This document shows positions 25,641-39,441 of a stretch of DNA of 64,000 nt, piece by piece. Position 1 is the first letter of the stretch, and each line of letters begins with the position of its first letter. The notes under the pieces were generated by a model. That model did not search any database. It was not told the origin of the DNA and was given only the letters and a program-made list of their open reading frames with translations. Both the position numbers and the translations under genes were made by a program. Source of the DNA: Macrostomum lignano (Eukaryota); assembly GCA_002269645.1 (NCBI GenBank), contig NIVC01002085.1, positions 9,200 through 73,199 on the forward strand, read 5' to 3'.

Positions 25641-26295
25641 GTGGTGCTCAGCAACGCACCCCGTCTGCACGCCGACCAGCTCAGTCTGCAGTTTGCTCAC
25701 CCCACCAACCCAGACCGAGTCCTCTGGAGCGCCCAGGCTCGCCTACTAGACGACCGTCAGCCTCGCGACATCGTGACGAACTCCAGTGTGGTGTGCAACC
25801 AGCCGGGCAGTCAGATTCGTGTAAAACACGGTCAGCCAGTTGAAGTGGCCTGCTCGGTGCCCAGACTGTGGCTATCACTGCCCGGCTTCACTGCCTACTG
25901 GACCGTGAGCAGTTCTGTGCAGTTCTACCCAGTTGGCAGCGTGTCCTGCGCCTATCCTATGGACTCTGTGCGATTGTTATTAAACAATATGAATGCTGAT
26001 AACCAATGGAATTGGCCTGATAAGATGCTGGATCCGCCATCTGTGCCTGCTCAATCGGCTTGTATTAATAATCGATTTCGTACATTGTTAGAAGCCGATT
26101 TTGGCTGGCGTCTGGTCATAAAAAATAGTCGGAGCGTCGCTGCTAATCCCGCTAGTGACTGGGTGGAATTTGTTTATAGACTACCAGCCGCTTACTATGT
26201 TCACGCTAGTAGGTCAGTGACCTTTCGTGTTAATGTGTCCGAACCGGTATTTGCTAGGCAGCCTCTGCCAAGGCGCACTTTTGGATTCACTGTTG
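25641..26295 (+). CDS. Gene A exon, extracellular beta-rich/Cys-containing region
   Basis: Acceptor cccccacctgcag, donor gtaagc, phase 0 to 1. 218 stop-free codons VVLSNAPRL...TFGFTV. Confidence 0.85.
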
Positions 26296-26339
26296 GTAAG
26301 CACCTCATTTATCTGGTTTGGGTTCTGAGTTTCTGTTGT

Positions 26340-27850
26340 AGGTGTGTGTATTCTGGTGTGCCCATTGTGTGTATTCTAGTGTGCCCATTGTGTGTATTCT
26401 GGTGTGCCCATTGTGCGTATTCTGGTGTGCCCATTGTGTGTGTATTCTGGTGTGCCCATTGTGTGTATTCTGGTGTGCCCATTGTGTGTGTATTCTGGTG
26501 TGCCCATTGTATGTATTCTGGTGTGCCCATTGTGTGTATTCTGGTGTGCCCAGTTTGTGTGTGTGTCTGTATTCACCTGGGGTGTCCATTGTGTGTGTCT
26601 GTATTCACCTGGGGTGTCCATTGTACGTGTCTGTATTCACCTGGGGTGTCCATTGTCTGTCTATCGGCCTGCATCACGGGGTGTCCATTGTGTGTCTATC
26701 GGCCTGCATCACGGGGTGTCCATTGTGTGTCTATCGGCCTGCATCACGGGGTGTCCATTGTGTGTCTATCGGCCTGCATCACGGGGTGTCCATTGTGTGT
26801 CTATCGGCCTGCATCATGAGGTGTCCATTGTGTGTCTATCGGCCTGCATCATGAGGTGTCCATTGTGTGTCTATCGGCCTGCATCATGAGGTGTCCATTG
26901 TGTGTCTATCGGCCTGCATCATGAGGTGTCCATTGTGTGTCTATCGGCCTGCATCATGGGGTGTCCATTGTGTGTCTATCGGCCTGCATCACGGGGTGTC
27001 CATTGTGTGTCTATCGGCCTGCATCACGGGGTGTCCATTGTGTGTCTATCGCTTGCATCACGGGGTGTCCATTGTATGTCTATCGGCCTGCATCATGGGG
27101 TGTCCATTGTGTGTCTATCGGCCTGTATCATGGGGTGTCCATTGTGTGTCTATCGGCCTGCATCATGGGGTGTCAATTGTGTCTATCGGCCTGTATCATG
27201 GGGTGTCCATTGTGTGTCTATCGGCCTGTATCATGGGGTGTCCATTGTGTGTCTATCGGCCTGTATCATGGGGTGTCCATTGTGTGTCTATCGGCCTGTA
27301 TCATGGGGTGTCCATTGTGTGTCTATCGGCCTGTATCATGAGGTGTCCATTGTGTGTCTATCGGCCTGCATCATGAGGTGTCCATTGTGTGTCTATCGGC
27401 CTGCATCATGAGGTGTCCATTGTGTGTCTATCGGCCTGCATCATGAGGTGTCCATTGTGTGTCTATCGGCCTGCATCATGAGGTGTCCATTGTGTGTCTA
27501 TCGGCCTGCATCATGAGGTGTCCATTGTGTGTCTATCGGCCTGTATCATGGGGTGTCCATTGTGTGTCTATCGGCCTGTATCATGGGGTGTCCATTGTGT
27601 GTCTATCGGCCTGTATCATGAGGTGTCCATTGTGTGTCTATCGGCCTGCATCACGGGGTGTCCATTGTGTGTCTATCGGCCTGCATCATGGGGTGTCCAT
27701 TGTGTGTCTATCGGCCTGCATCATGGGGTGTCCATTGTGTGTCTATCGGCCTGTATCATGGGGTGTCCATTGTGTGTCTATCGGCCTGTATCATGGGGTG
27801 TCCATTGCGTGTCTGTATTCACCTGGTTCACCTGGGGTGTCCATCGTGAG
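26340..27850. repeat. Compound intronic minisatellite: 23/25-bp, ~30-bp and 35-bp related units
   Basis: GTGTGTATTCTGGTGTGCCCATT, then GTGTGTCTGTATTCACCTGGGGTGTCCATT, then GTGTGTCTATCGGCCTGCATCATGGGGTGTCCATT, returning to the ~30-bp type at the 3' edge. Confidence 0.95.
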
Positions 27851-27901
27851 CTTCAATTTCTTACGTCAGTAAGGCCATCGACTTCAAACAAAAATTTCCA
27901 G

Positions 27902-28017
27902 AAGACGATGTACTGACCTCCGGTGCGAATTCTGTTTCGTCAGCTGATAATCGAGCCGCAATTTCCGCTGCCGTTCTTGTTGCTTCAGCCCTGTCATTTC
28001 TGCTGCCAGCATGTTAA
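27902..28017 (+). CDS. Gene A last coding exon: probable GPI-anchor signal
   Basis: Acceptor tttccag, phase 1. Gives EDDVLTSGANSVSSADNRAAISAAVLVASALSFLLPAC*: small-residue omega candidates, a spacer, and a hydrophobic C-terminus with no cytoplasmic tail. Confidence 0.7.
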
Positions 28018-29214
28018 CTTATTAGTTAGTTAACAATAATGACAAGTTATATGACTAAAAATGTTCAACAGAGTTAGGCTTGTGCATTCTCCGAATCACG
28101 TGACAAACATTTTAGTTCCTACTTTTCATTTGCGTGCCCGAGACTTCAAGTTAATTGAATAGTTGAAGGTCGTTTTTGTTTATTTTCCAGTCTTAGGGCG
28201 TAGCCTTGGGTATTAAATATCAGTGTTTTATGTGGGAACATTTCTTTTTTCGCCAGCTATAAGCTGGTGGTTTACACTTGATTATAATATGCTAATTATG
28301 TGCACCGCGGCACACCCTGTCACCCTTTCTATTACCGCTGTTTAATCTAAGCTCAATAAGTTTTTTAAAAACTAAGTCAGGTAGGCCATAAATGAATTCG
28401 AACAGCCAACTTATCTCTTGTAGGTCCTTTGATTGTTTTAGTTTCTCGTGTTCCAACTGCTCTACTTGTTAGTAGGCTAGTAGCAATGTTTGCTCCGTTT
28501 AACTTTGATTCCCGCACTGAGGAAATTTCCAATAAATAAGAATTGATGCTAGTCAATTTTGTGTATTTTTTAATTGTTAGATATTGAAATTGATTGCTAA
28601 TATCCATGAACAATCACTTTAATTATCATTTTAGTTACAAATCTTTTACTCATAGCTGTTGTGCACCTCATTGATTTTGATTTACAATTTGACACCATTT
28701 TTTTAATTGACGATCTGGTCACCAACAATTTTACTTTTTAGCTTTTTATAATTTATAACTATAATAATTATATTACATTATTAGTCATTTAGCTCTATTT
28801 AATTTTCAATATATTGGTAGCTGTGAAATTCGTTTGTAAAACATTTTGTTTATGTGTTGTTTTTATGGTGGATTGTTTGTTCATTAGTAGCTCTCATGCC
28901 TGGCTTAGATCAAGTGCATGTCTAATTTCTTGTTTTCATTTTGCATCCTGCTTCAACAGGCTATAGCTGTATGTCCTTGTCCGGACCCGAATCGCGGATG
29001 CGGAACGGAGGCCTCTCTGTCCGAATCTGTTTTGTGTGTGCGTGCGTTTTTTGTTTTACCTTTATCCACTGCCTAAACTGAAGAGGCGGGCACGTGGAAG
29101 CTTGGTTATTTAGGTCTGCAAATTGTAGTGCTCTTGTGATTGGGGTTCTGGCTTGGCCCTGTTGGATTGCCGAATATTTATCTCTCGTACAGAATTCCAG
29201 TCTAATTTTACTCC

Positions 29215-29242
29215 TTTCTGTCTGTTTGTCTGTCACACTGGA

Positions 29243-29277
<35 letters not shown>

Positions 29278-29317
29278 TCGTCTGTCTGTCTGTCTGTTTA
29301 TCTGGATGTCTGTCCGC

Positions 29318-29377
<60 letters not shown>

Positions 29378-29478
29378 GTGTCTGTCTGTTTATCTGGATG
29401 TCTGTCCGTCTGTTTGTCTGTCTGTGTCTGTCTGTCTGTCTGTTTATCTGGATGTCTGTCCGTCTGTTTGTCTGTCTG

Positions 29479-29525
<47 letters not shown>

Positions 29526-29715
29526 ATGTCTGTCTTTATGTATGTATGTATGTATGTATGTCTGTTTGTCATTTTATATCTGTCTGTTCGTCCTAGCTTG
29601 TCTTAGTGTCTATTTGTCTGTCTGTCGGTGTGGTGTGTCTGTCGGCCTTTTTATCTGTCTGTTTGTCCCAGCGTGTCTTTTTTCTGTCTGTCTGTCTGTC
29701 TGTCCGTCTGTCTGT
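29215..29715. repeat. Degenerate (GTCT)n microsatellite with recurring GTTTATCTGGATGTCTGTCC variant
   Basis: Seen directly in sequence. Confidence 0.9.
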
Positions 29716-30584
29716 CTGGGTCTGCCTAACCCACCCAGGTTCCCATCATTCTTCTCATCTGCAGAGCAGGGCTGAGCCGTGAACAACTGTTACAATCTAT
29801 GCAAGCAGTGCAGAAAAAACCTGTCATATTTAATACCCGCCTAGAATATTAACTAAAAAAGTTTCAATCGTGTTTACTGCAAATTGTGTTGGTGTTGTTT
29901 GTGCCAATGTTACTCATACTTTTTGTCAGACGGAAAATGTTTCTGCCAACAGGTCCCAGCGTAAAAATTTTTTGCTGCATTCTAAATATTTTGCGGATGC
30001 AATATGTACTTTTATTTTTTCTGTGTGCCGTGCTCACTTGAATGTTGAAGTCTTAACTACCAAATTTTTATCAAAATTCAATTATTAACTTGTTAGTTAA
30101 TAATTTTTGTTTAGATTTCTTCTAATGCCTTATTAATAAAACATTTTTTTATTGTTTTGGTTCCTGGTCTATAAGGCCAGGTCTATAAGGCTCTTCTGCA
30201 AAATTGGGTTTTGTGATTTCTGTTTAATCACCTTGGTTTTTATGTATTGTACTTTTGTGTGGATTTTAGTTTGTACTGTCTCGATTTTGAATTGATTCTT
30301 TTTGCAGCTCGATCATAATTTCACCATTAATTAGTCTGTGTATCTCGCTTGGTGTTCTGATAATTACTGTATTTATCCATTTCGCGTAGATAATAAACTC
30401 GTTTTTAATTGATTAAACTAATTATTATTATTATTATTATTTAAATAAAAAGTAATTTCACAGTAATATGGCTGATGCATTTTTCTTAATGTAACACTGC
30501 ATCCTATTGTGTGTGCTTTAGTGACAACGGCTTCTCCGTAAAGAGCTTTAGTCTTTTAATTCTTTTTTGTTTGTCTTAGACATC

Positions 30585-31440
30585 GGTGAGAGCAGCCTAA
30601 AAGTACATTCTCGATTGGATTCTTGTGGAAACCCATGTTCATCAGTGTACATTGGTGAGAGCAGCCTAAAAGTACATTCTCGATTGGATTCTTGTGGAAA
30701 CCCATGCTCATCAGTGTACATTGGTGAGAGCAGCCTAAAAGTACATTCTCGATTGGATTCTTGTGGAAACCCATGTTCATCAGTGTACATTGGTGAGAGC
30801 AGCCTAAAAGTACATTCTCGATTGGATTCTTGTGGAAACCCATGTTCATCAGTGTATATTGGTGAGAGCAGCCTAAAAGTACATTCTAGACTAGATTCTT
30901 GTGGAAACCGATGTTCATCAGTGTGTATTGGTGAGAGCAGCCTAAAAGTACATTCTATAGATTGGATTCTTGTGGAAACCCATGTTCATCAGTGTACATT
31001 GGTGAGAGCAGCCTAAAAGTACATTCTCGATTGGATTCTTGTGGAAACCCATGTTCATCAGTGTACATTGGTGAGAGCAGCCTAAAAGTACATTCTAGAT
31101 TGGATTCTTGTGGAAACCCATGTTCATCAGTGTACATTGGTGAGAGCAGCCTAAAAGTACATTCTATAGATTGGATTCTTGTGGAAACCCATGTTCATCA
31201 GTGTACATTGGTGAGAGCAGCCTAAAAGTACATTCTAAATTGGATTCTTGTGGAAACCCACGTTCATCAGTGTACATTGGTGAGAGCAGCCTAAAAGTAC
31301 ATTCTAAATTGGATTCTTGTGGAAACCCACGTTCATCAGTGTACATTGGTGAGAGCAGCCTAAAAGTACATTCTAAATTGGATTCTTGTGGAAACCCACG
31401 TTCATCAGTGTACATTAGTGAGAGGAAACTAAAAGTACAA
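30585..31440. repeat. 69-bp minisatellite, about 12 copies
   Basis: Period 69 (30585 to 30654); some 70-bp copies carry TCTATAGATTGG. Confidence 0.95.
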
Positions 31441-31735
31441 AATGAGATTGGTTGCATGTACACTGAATAAATCGAAGTGATTCAAAAGCAAAAATTTATC
31501 TGGGCTTTCATAAAAACAAATCTACGGATGTTTCACTGTGGTAAAATCCAATGAGCTCTCATGGGCGGCAGGCCAGGTCATCATTGGCTCTCTGTCATCC
31601 GGTAATTTAGCTGGCTTATAGCTGCACGCTCGGGGTCGATTGTTGCAAAGTCTGCATCCAAGCGATTTAAAAATCTGCCCTGCATAGCCGTGAACAAATT
31701 TTTTCGAATTTGTTTTTTAACCGCACAATATAAAA

Positions 31736-31754
31736 ATGCAGCCACCATCGGACA
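31736..31754 (+). CDS. Gene B candidate start exon (MQPPSD)
   Basis: ATAAAA-ATG with an in-frame stop upstream. Consensus donor gtaagt at 31755, phase 1, matching the phase-1 acceptor at 33255. Confidence 0.55.
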
Positions 31755-31930
31755 GTAAGTTCGACTGCACTTGTTGATGTTAAAATTGATTTTGGCTTGA
31801 TTGTGCATGTGCTCCATCAAAGCTGTTCAGGCTGATGGTGTGCGGAAGCGGAAATTCCAAGTTGGCCGCGTGGAATTCATAAGCAAATAATTGAAGCACT
31901 TTCGGGTGGGATGATCTGCACATCATTATT

Positions 31931-32994
<1,064 letters not shown>

Positions 32995-33254
32995 TATCAC
33001 TATTTCCCTGAAGCCTTGCGTGGATTAAGCCGCCAATCAAAGCAGTCAATAGACGAGCCTCATTCAGCTCAATAATGTGCCGTGCTAATTCTGGCTTTAT
33101 TCAAGCAACGCCGCGGCTCCCACCGGATGCGCAGTGCGGCAGTGGCAGGCCCAGCTTAAAATAGGATCCTGGCCGCCCCATTGCCGCCTATTATATTTAA
33201 ATATGGTTCCTGTTTTTGGCATTCTCCTGCGCTTAATCTCTGTTCCCATCTCAG

Positions 33255-33343
33255 ATGAGGAAATCGCCAGCCGACCTTCTCAAAGAAGCCTTGCATGGGA
33301 GTGTCTACTTTTTATGGAGACTAAAGGCATTATGCACCTCAGG
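33255..33343 (+). CDS. Gene B exon (EEIASRPSQRSLAWECLLFMETKGIMHLR)
   Basis: Strong acceptor tctctgttcccatctcag; donor gttgct is weak; phase 1 to 0. Confidence 0.55.
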
Positions 33344-33494
33344 GTTGCTTACTAGGGATCTGGGGATAACCGAAATATGGCGAGTGGGATCTGCATAGAC
33401 TGATCGGCTCGGGCCCTGCTTAATCCCTCATCATTCTCTGACAGCTGATAATGAAGTGCCATGACTATTGAGCCTTGTTGATGAAACTTGGCAG

Positions 33495-34048
33495 ATTGAA
33501 GATGGTAGATTGCAGATGGTAGAATGCAGATGGTATATTGCAGATGGTAGAATGCAGATGGTAGATTGCAGATGGTAGATTGTAGATGGTAGATTGCAGA
33601 TGGTAGATTGAAGATGGTAGATTGCAGATGGCAGATTGCAGGTGGTAGATTGCAGATGGTAGAATGCAGATGGTAGATTGCAGATGGTAGACGGAAGATG
33701 GTAGATTGCAGATGGTAGAATGCAGATGGTAGAATGCAGATGGTAGACTGCAGATGGTAGATTGCAGATGGTAGACTGCAGATGGTAGACTGAAGATGGT
33801 AGATTGCAGGTAGTAGACTGCAGATGGTAGACGGAAGATGGTAGATTGCAGATGGTAGACTGCAGATGGTAGACGGAAGATGGTAGATTGCAGATGGTAG
33901 ACGGAAGATGGTAGATTGCAGATGGTAGACGGAAGATGGTAGATTGCAGATGGTAGATTGCAGATGGTAGATTGCAGACGGTAGATTGCAGATGGCAGAT
34001 TACAGATGGTAGACTGCAGATGGTAGACTGCAGATGGTAGACTGCAGA
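33495..34048. repeat. 14-bp minisatellite (GATGGTAGATTGCA)n
   Basis: Direct periodicity; same family as 37615-38410. Confidence 0.93.
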
Positions 34049-34654
34049 TTTTAAATTTGCAATACTTTGTCGTGAGTGTTTGGCAGATTACAGGGCATAC
34101 AAAAAACTACGTATAATACAGTTGACAACCTCAATCAGCTGTTTCTAGATCCCGCTCACTTTCATACTCAGTTCCAAGTTCTGCCTTAAAGCACCAAAAC
34201 TATTGATACATGTATTGCACTAAGAAGCAACCATAAGTATTCCATAAATTATGTATAAATCTGATTATTCAAATCGGGGGGGAGGGACTTATTAGGGATT
34301 AGCGAAATCCTATATCCCTGATTCTATCGCATTGAATGCCTCGATGACTACAAGTTGTCGTTCTGTTGTGTACCTGCTTATTAGGCTAAAATACAGCCCC
34401 GCAGCACCCACAACCCCGACTGCAGGGGGGGGGGGGTAGATCGAGGGTTGAGATCCCGGCTCAGGAAGAGAGATTTCTGATGCGGAAAAAAGATAATCTG
34501 CTGCTAAGCTAAGCGTGGGGTGCTGAGTGCAGATTTGGCGTAGAAAATTTCTCCCATTTTTTGCGCATTGCGAGTCGAGATGAGTATACCACAGTTAAAT
34601 AGGCTTTTTTATTCATCATTTCCCTAATCTAAATATACTAAAAAAATTCCCATC

Positions 34655-35985
34655 TATATTCGCTTAATCCTCATATATATTCTCTTAATCCACATCTATA
34701 TTCTCTTAATCCACATATGTATTCTCTTAATCCACATCTATATTCTCTTAATCCACATCTGTATCCTCTTAATCCACATCTATATTCTCCTAATCCGCAT
34801 CTATATTATCATAATGCACATCCATATTCTCTTAATCTACATCTATGTTCTCTTAATCCACATCTGTATTCTCTTAATCCACATCTATATTCTCTTAATC
34901 CACATCTATATTCTCTTAATCCACATCTATATTCTCTTAATCCACATCTATATTCTCTTAATCCACATCTATATTATCATAATGCACATCCATATTCTCT
35001 TAATCTACATCTATGTTCTCTTAATCCACATCTGTATTCTCCTAATCCACATCTGTATTCTCTTATTCCACATCTATTTGCTCTTAATCCACATCTATAT
35101 TCTCTTAATCCACATCTATATTCTCTTAATCCACATCTATATTCTCTTAATCCACATCTGTATTCTCTTAATCCACATCTGTATTCTCTTAATCCACATC
35201 TGTATTCTCTTAATCCACTTTTGTATTCTCTTAATCCACATCTGTATTCTCTTAATCCACATCTGTATCTTCTTAATCCACATCTATATTCTCTTAATCC
35301 ACATCTATATTCTCCTAATCCACTTCTATATTCTCTTATTCCACATATGTATTCTCTTAATCCACATCTATATTCTCTTAATCCACTTTTGTATTCTCCT
35401 AATCCACATATGTATTCTCTTAATACACATCTATATTCTCTTAATCCATATCTGTATTCTCATAATCCACATCTATATTCTCTTAATCCACATCTATATT
35501 CTCCTAATCCACATCTATATTCTCTTAATCCACATCTATATTCTCCTAATCCACATCTATATTCTCTTATTCCACATCTATATTCTCCTAATCCACATCT
35601 ATATTCTCCTAATCCACATCTATATTCTCTTAATCCACATCTATATTCTCCTAATCCACATCTATATTCTCTTAATCCACATCTATATTCTCCTAATCCA
35701 CTTCTATATTCTCTTATTCCACATATGTATTCTCTTAATCCACATCTATATTCTCTTAATCCACTTTTGTATTCTCCTAATCCACATATGTATTCTCTTA
35801 ATACACATCTATATTCTCTTAATCCATATCTGTATTCTCATAATCCACATCTATATTCTCTTAATCCACATCTATATTCTCCTAATCCACATCTATATTC
35901 TCTTAATCCACATCTATATTATAATAATGCACATCCATATTCTCATAATCTACGTCTATTTTATCATAATCCACATCTACGCTCG
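34655..35985. repeat. 21-bp minisatellite (ATCTATATTCTCTTAATCCAC)n, about 63 copies
   Basis: Direct periodicity; source of the YSLNPHL and IHIYILL ORFs. Confidence 0.95.
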
Positions 35986-36292
35986 TAATATTCCTTCATG
36001 TTTAACCTTTTGTAACCTTCTGCATTCTCTCTCCCATCTTTGTCCACTCTTTGTCCAAAAATTGACAAAAAAACAATCACTTAGACCCCCAACCAGCTCT
36101 GCTAGATGCAGCAACTACTATTTTGATTGCCAGTAGAAAAAACTTGGTGCTTTGACAAATTTTTTAATTGCCAAAATTGGTACATTTTTCCAGGGTCGTG
36201 CGATTCTTTGTGACAAAATCCGAATTGCAACAATTTTTTTGGTAATTAAATCGTGCACTAGCGAGACCCGTTATCAGAACTGGCCATAAATT

Positions 36293-37237
36293 AGCAATCC
36301 ACAGCCCATACTGGTCATAGACTAGACTAGCAATCCACAGCGCACACTGGTCATAGACTAGACTAGCAATCCACAGCCCATACTGGTCATAGACTAGCAA
36401 TCCACAGCCCATACTGGTCATAGACTAGACTAGCAATCCACAGCGCACACTGGTCATAGACTAGACTAGCAATCCACAGCCCATACTGGTCATAGACTAG
36501 CAATCCACAGCCCATACTGGTCATAGACTAGACTAGCAATCCACAGCGCACACTGGTCATAGACTAGACTAGCAATCCACAGCCCATACTGGTCATAGAC
36601 TAGCAATCCACAGCCCATACTGGTCATAGACTAGACTAGCAATCCACAGCGCACACTGGTCATAGACTAGACTAGCAATCCACAGCCCATACTGGTCATA
36701 GACTAGCAATCCACAGCCCATACTGGTCATAGACTAGACTAGCAATCCACAGCCCATACTGGTCATAGACTAGCAATCCACAGCCCATACTGGTCATAGA
36801 CTGGCAATCCACAGCCCATACTGGTCATAGACTAGCAATCCACAGCCCATACTGGTCATAGACTGGCAATCCACAGCCCATACTGGTCATAGACAGGCAA
36901 TCCACAGCCCATACTGGTCATAGACTAGACTAGCAATCCACAGCCCATACTGGTCATAGACTAGCAATCCACAGCCCATACTGGTCATAGACTAGACTAG
37001 CAATCCACAGCGCACACTGTTCATAGACTAGACTAGCAATCCACAGCCCATACTGGTCATAGACTAGCAATCCACAGCCCATACTGGTCATAGACTGGCA
37101 ATCCACAGCCCATACTGGTCATAGACTGGCAATCCACAGCCCATACTGGTCATAGACTAGACTAGCAATCCACAGCCCATACTGGTCATAGACTAGCAAT
37201 CCACAGCCCATACTGGTCATAGACTGGCAATCCACAG
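36293..37237. repeat. 31/36-bp minisatellite with 103-bp higher-order repeat
   Basis: TAGCAATCCACAGCCCATACTGGTCATAGAC(TAGAC). The CAGCGCACAC variant recurs at 36328, 36431, 36534 and 36637 (period 103). Confidence 0.95.
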
Positions 37238-37246
37238 CCTTCACAG

Positions 37247-37285
37247 CATCTGGCATTGGCAAAATCAATGGCGGTCCCGAAAAAA
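37247..37285 (+). CDS. Gene B tentative small exon
   Basis: Acceptor ccttcacag directly after the satellite, donor gtaaat. Open either as HLALAKSMAVPKK (0 to 0) or IWHWQNQWRSRK (2 to 2); frame unresolved. Confidence 0.3.
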
Positions 37286-37614
37286 GTAAATTCATAGAAT
37301 TAATCGAAGCTAGAAATTATTGCTGCCAACTCCACACTGTAAGAGAATGGCCTTGCCGCCTGATTCTGGTGCATCGATTTCTGTTGAGAGAAGTTCCCTG
37401 TCTGCAGGCCTAGCAACAACTCCTAATCCCGCGCGGAGCACTCTGGTTGAATTGGTCCAAATGGAAATGAGCACACTACGATATTGCTGAGATGACCTGT
37501 ACTGCACTTTAACAAACCCTTTTAGTGCTGTGAATTCTTTGCATAGCCAATGGAATTGATCTTCAAATTCCTGATGGCTGCTCTAAAAGCTCGAGAGCTT
37601 GCCTTAGATGGTTC

Positions 37615-38410
37615 AGGTTGTAGATTGCAGATGGTAGACTGCAGATGGTAGATTGCAGATGGTAGACTGCAGATGGTAGATTGCAGATGTAGATGGCAGA
37701 TTGCAGATGGAAGATTGTAGATGGCAGATTGCAGATGGAAGATTGCAGATGGCAGATTGCAGATGGAAGATTGTAGATGGCCGATTGCAGATGGTAGATT
37801 GTAGATGGCAGATTGCAGATGGTAGATTTCAGATTGTAGATTGCAGATGGCAGTTTGTAGATGGTAAATTTCAGATTATAGATTGTAGATTGCAGATTTT
37901 AAATTGTAGATTGCAGATGGTTTTAAATTGTAGATTGCAGATGGCAGATTGCAGATGGTAGATTTTAGATAGTAGATTGCAGATGGTAGATTTTAGATAG
38001 TAGATTGCAGATGGTAGATTTTAGATAGTAGATTGCAGATGGTAGATTTTAGATAGTAGATTGCAGATGGTTTTAAATTGTAGATTGCAGATGGTTTTAA
38101 ATTGTAGATTGCAGATGGTTTTAAATTGTAGATTGCAGATGGTTTTAAATTGTAGATTGCAGATGGTTTTAAATTGTAGATTGCAGATGGCAGATTATAG
38201 ATGGTAGATTTTAGATAGTAGATTGTAGATGGCAGATGGCAGATTATAGATGGTAGATTGCAGATTGCAGATTTTAGATGATAGATTTTATAATGTAGAT
38301 TCCAGATTTCCGATGGTAGATTGTAATTGATAGATTTCAGCTCGTAGATTGCAGATTGCAATGGTAGATTTCAGAAAGCAAATTGTAAATGGAAGATTGC
38401 AGATGGTGAA
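37615..38410. repeat. Degenerate GATGGTAGATTGCA-family minisatellite with TTTTAGATAG/TTTTAAATTG inserts
   Basis: Seen directly; same orientation as 33495-34048. Confidence 0.9.
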
Positions 38411-38520
38411 TTGCAAGTTGTAGATGCAGATGAGGGTCAGATGAGCATTCAGAGTTATTTTAAATTCGCCCATCAGCCAATGCGAATGATAATTAATCCC
38501 CTTGCCTGCTCCTCACCCAG

Positions 38521-38686
38521 CAAGAACGCCACCATCCCTGAGCGCTTGCTTCCTTTCTTCTCCAAATTTACCCTTTCTTTTTGCGTTCTCGCGCACTTTG
38601 CTCTCAGTTCTCAGGACAAGGGCCTTTTTTTCACTCAGTCACTCCCTCGCTGCCTTTCTGCCTTCTCTCGCAATCTCTACTACCGG
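38521..38686 (+). CDS. Gene B exon (KNATIPERLLPFFSKF...SRNLYYR)
   Basis: Acceptor cttgcctgctcctcacccag (alternative AG 4 nt downstream). Donor gtactc, phase 0, matches the next exon. Confidence 0.6.
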
Positions 38687-38689
38687 GTA

Positions 38690-39255
38690 CTCTCTCCCTG
38701 CTTCTCACTCCCTGCTTCTCAATCCCTGCTTCTCAATCCCTGCTTCTCAATCCCTGCTTCTCTCTCCCTGCTTCTCTCTCCCTGCTTCTCACTCCCTGCT
38801 TCTCTCTCCCTGCTTCCCTGCTTCTCACTCCCTGCATCTCTCTACCTGCTTTTCACTCCCTACTTCTCTCTCCCTGCTTCTCTCTCCCTACTTCTCTCTC
38901 CCTACTTCTCTCTCCCTGCTTCTCACTCCCTGCATCTCTCTACCTGTTTCTCTCTCTGCTTCTCTCTCCCTACTTCTCTCTCCCTGCTTCTCTCTCCCTG
39001 CTTCTCTCTCCCTGCTTCCCTGCTTCTCTCTCCCTGCTTCTCTCTCCCGGATTCTCTCTCCCTGCTTCTCTCTCCCTGCTTCCCTGCTTCTCTCTCCCTG
39101 CTTCCCTGCTTCTCTCTCCCTGCTTCCCTGCTTCTCTCTCCCTGCTTCTCTCTCCCGGCAGGGATGCTTCTCTCTCCCTGCTTTTCACTCCCTGCATCTC
39201 TCTCCCTGCTTCTCTCTCCCTGTATATTACTCCCTCTATCTTTCTCCCTGCTTCT
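38690..39255. repeat. 14-bp pyrimidine minisatellite (TCTCTCCCTGCTTC)n filling a whole intron
   Basis: Starts 3 nt after the donor at 38687 and ends about 25 nt before the acceptor at 39279. Confidence 0.93.
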
Positions 39256-39279
39256 CTTTTCTTATGAAAGCGAGCATAG

Positions 39280-39441
39280 CTGGCAGCAGAAGAGACCGAA
39301 TGCGAAAGAAATCGGGATGAGACGCTGCGAGAGAGAAGACATCAAGCCGCTTGGCAGGTCTTCATTAACATGCAGCTCAGGTCGCGATCAAAAGAAATTC
39401 AATTTCCCACTAGCCTAGCTCAGCTGCTCAACGCTGCACAG
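39280..39441 (+). CDS. Gene B exon (LAAEETECERNRDETLRERRHQAAWQVFINMQLRSRSKEIQFPTSLAQLLNAAQ)
   Basis: Acceptor gcatag, donor cag|gtggaa, phase 0 to 0, stop-free and protein-like. Confidence 0.6.

Noticed and set aside
30548-31470. ORFs with MYTDEHGFPQESNRECTFRLLSP repeats
   Set aside because: Translation of the 69-bp satellite, broken by 70-bp units.
31581-31820. Minus-strand ORF with PMVAAFLYCAVKKQIRKNL, reminiscent of GPCR TM7/helix 8
   Set aside because: No other TM exons found. It overlaps the better-supported plus-strand start exon with its consensus donor; the resemblance is probably chance.
33353-33437. Minus-strand exon-like segment with cag acceptor and gtaagc donor
   Set aside because: It could not be chained to any other minus-strand exon without creating a stop.
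34717-36136. YSLNPHL / IHIYILL repeat ORFs
   Set aside because: 21-bp intronic satellite; two frames open.
37310-37590. About 90-codon open frame on the minus strand
   Set aside because: No recognisable motif or phase-compatible neighbours.
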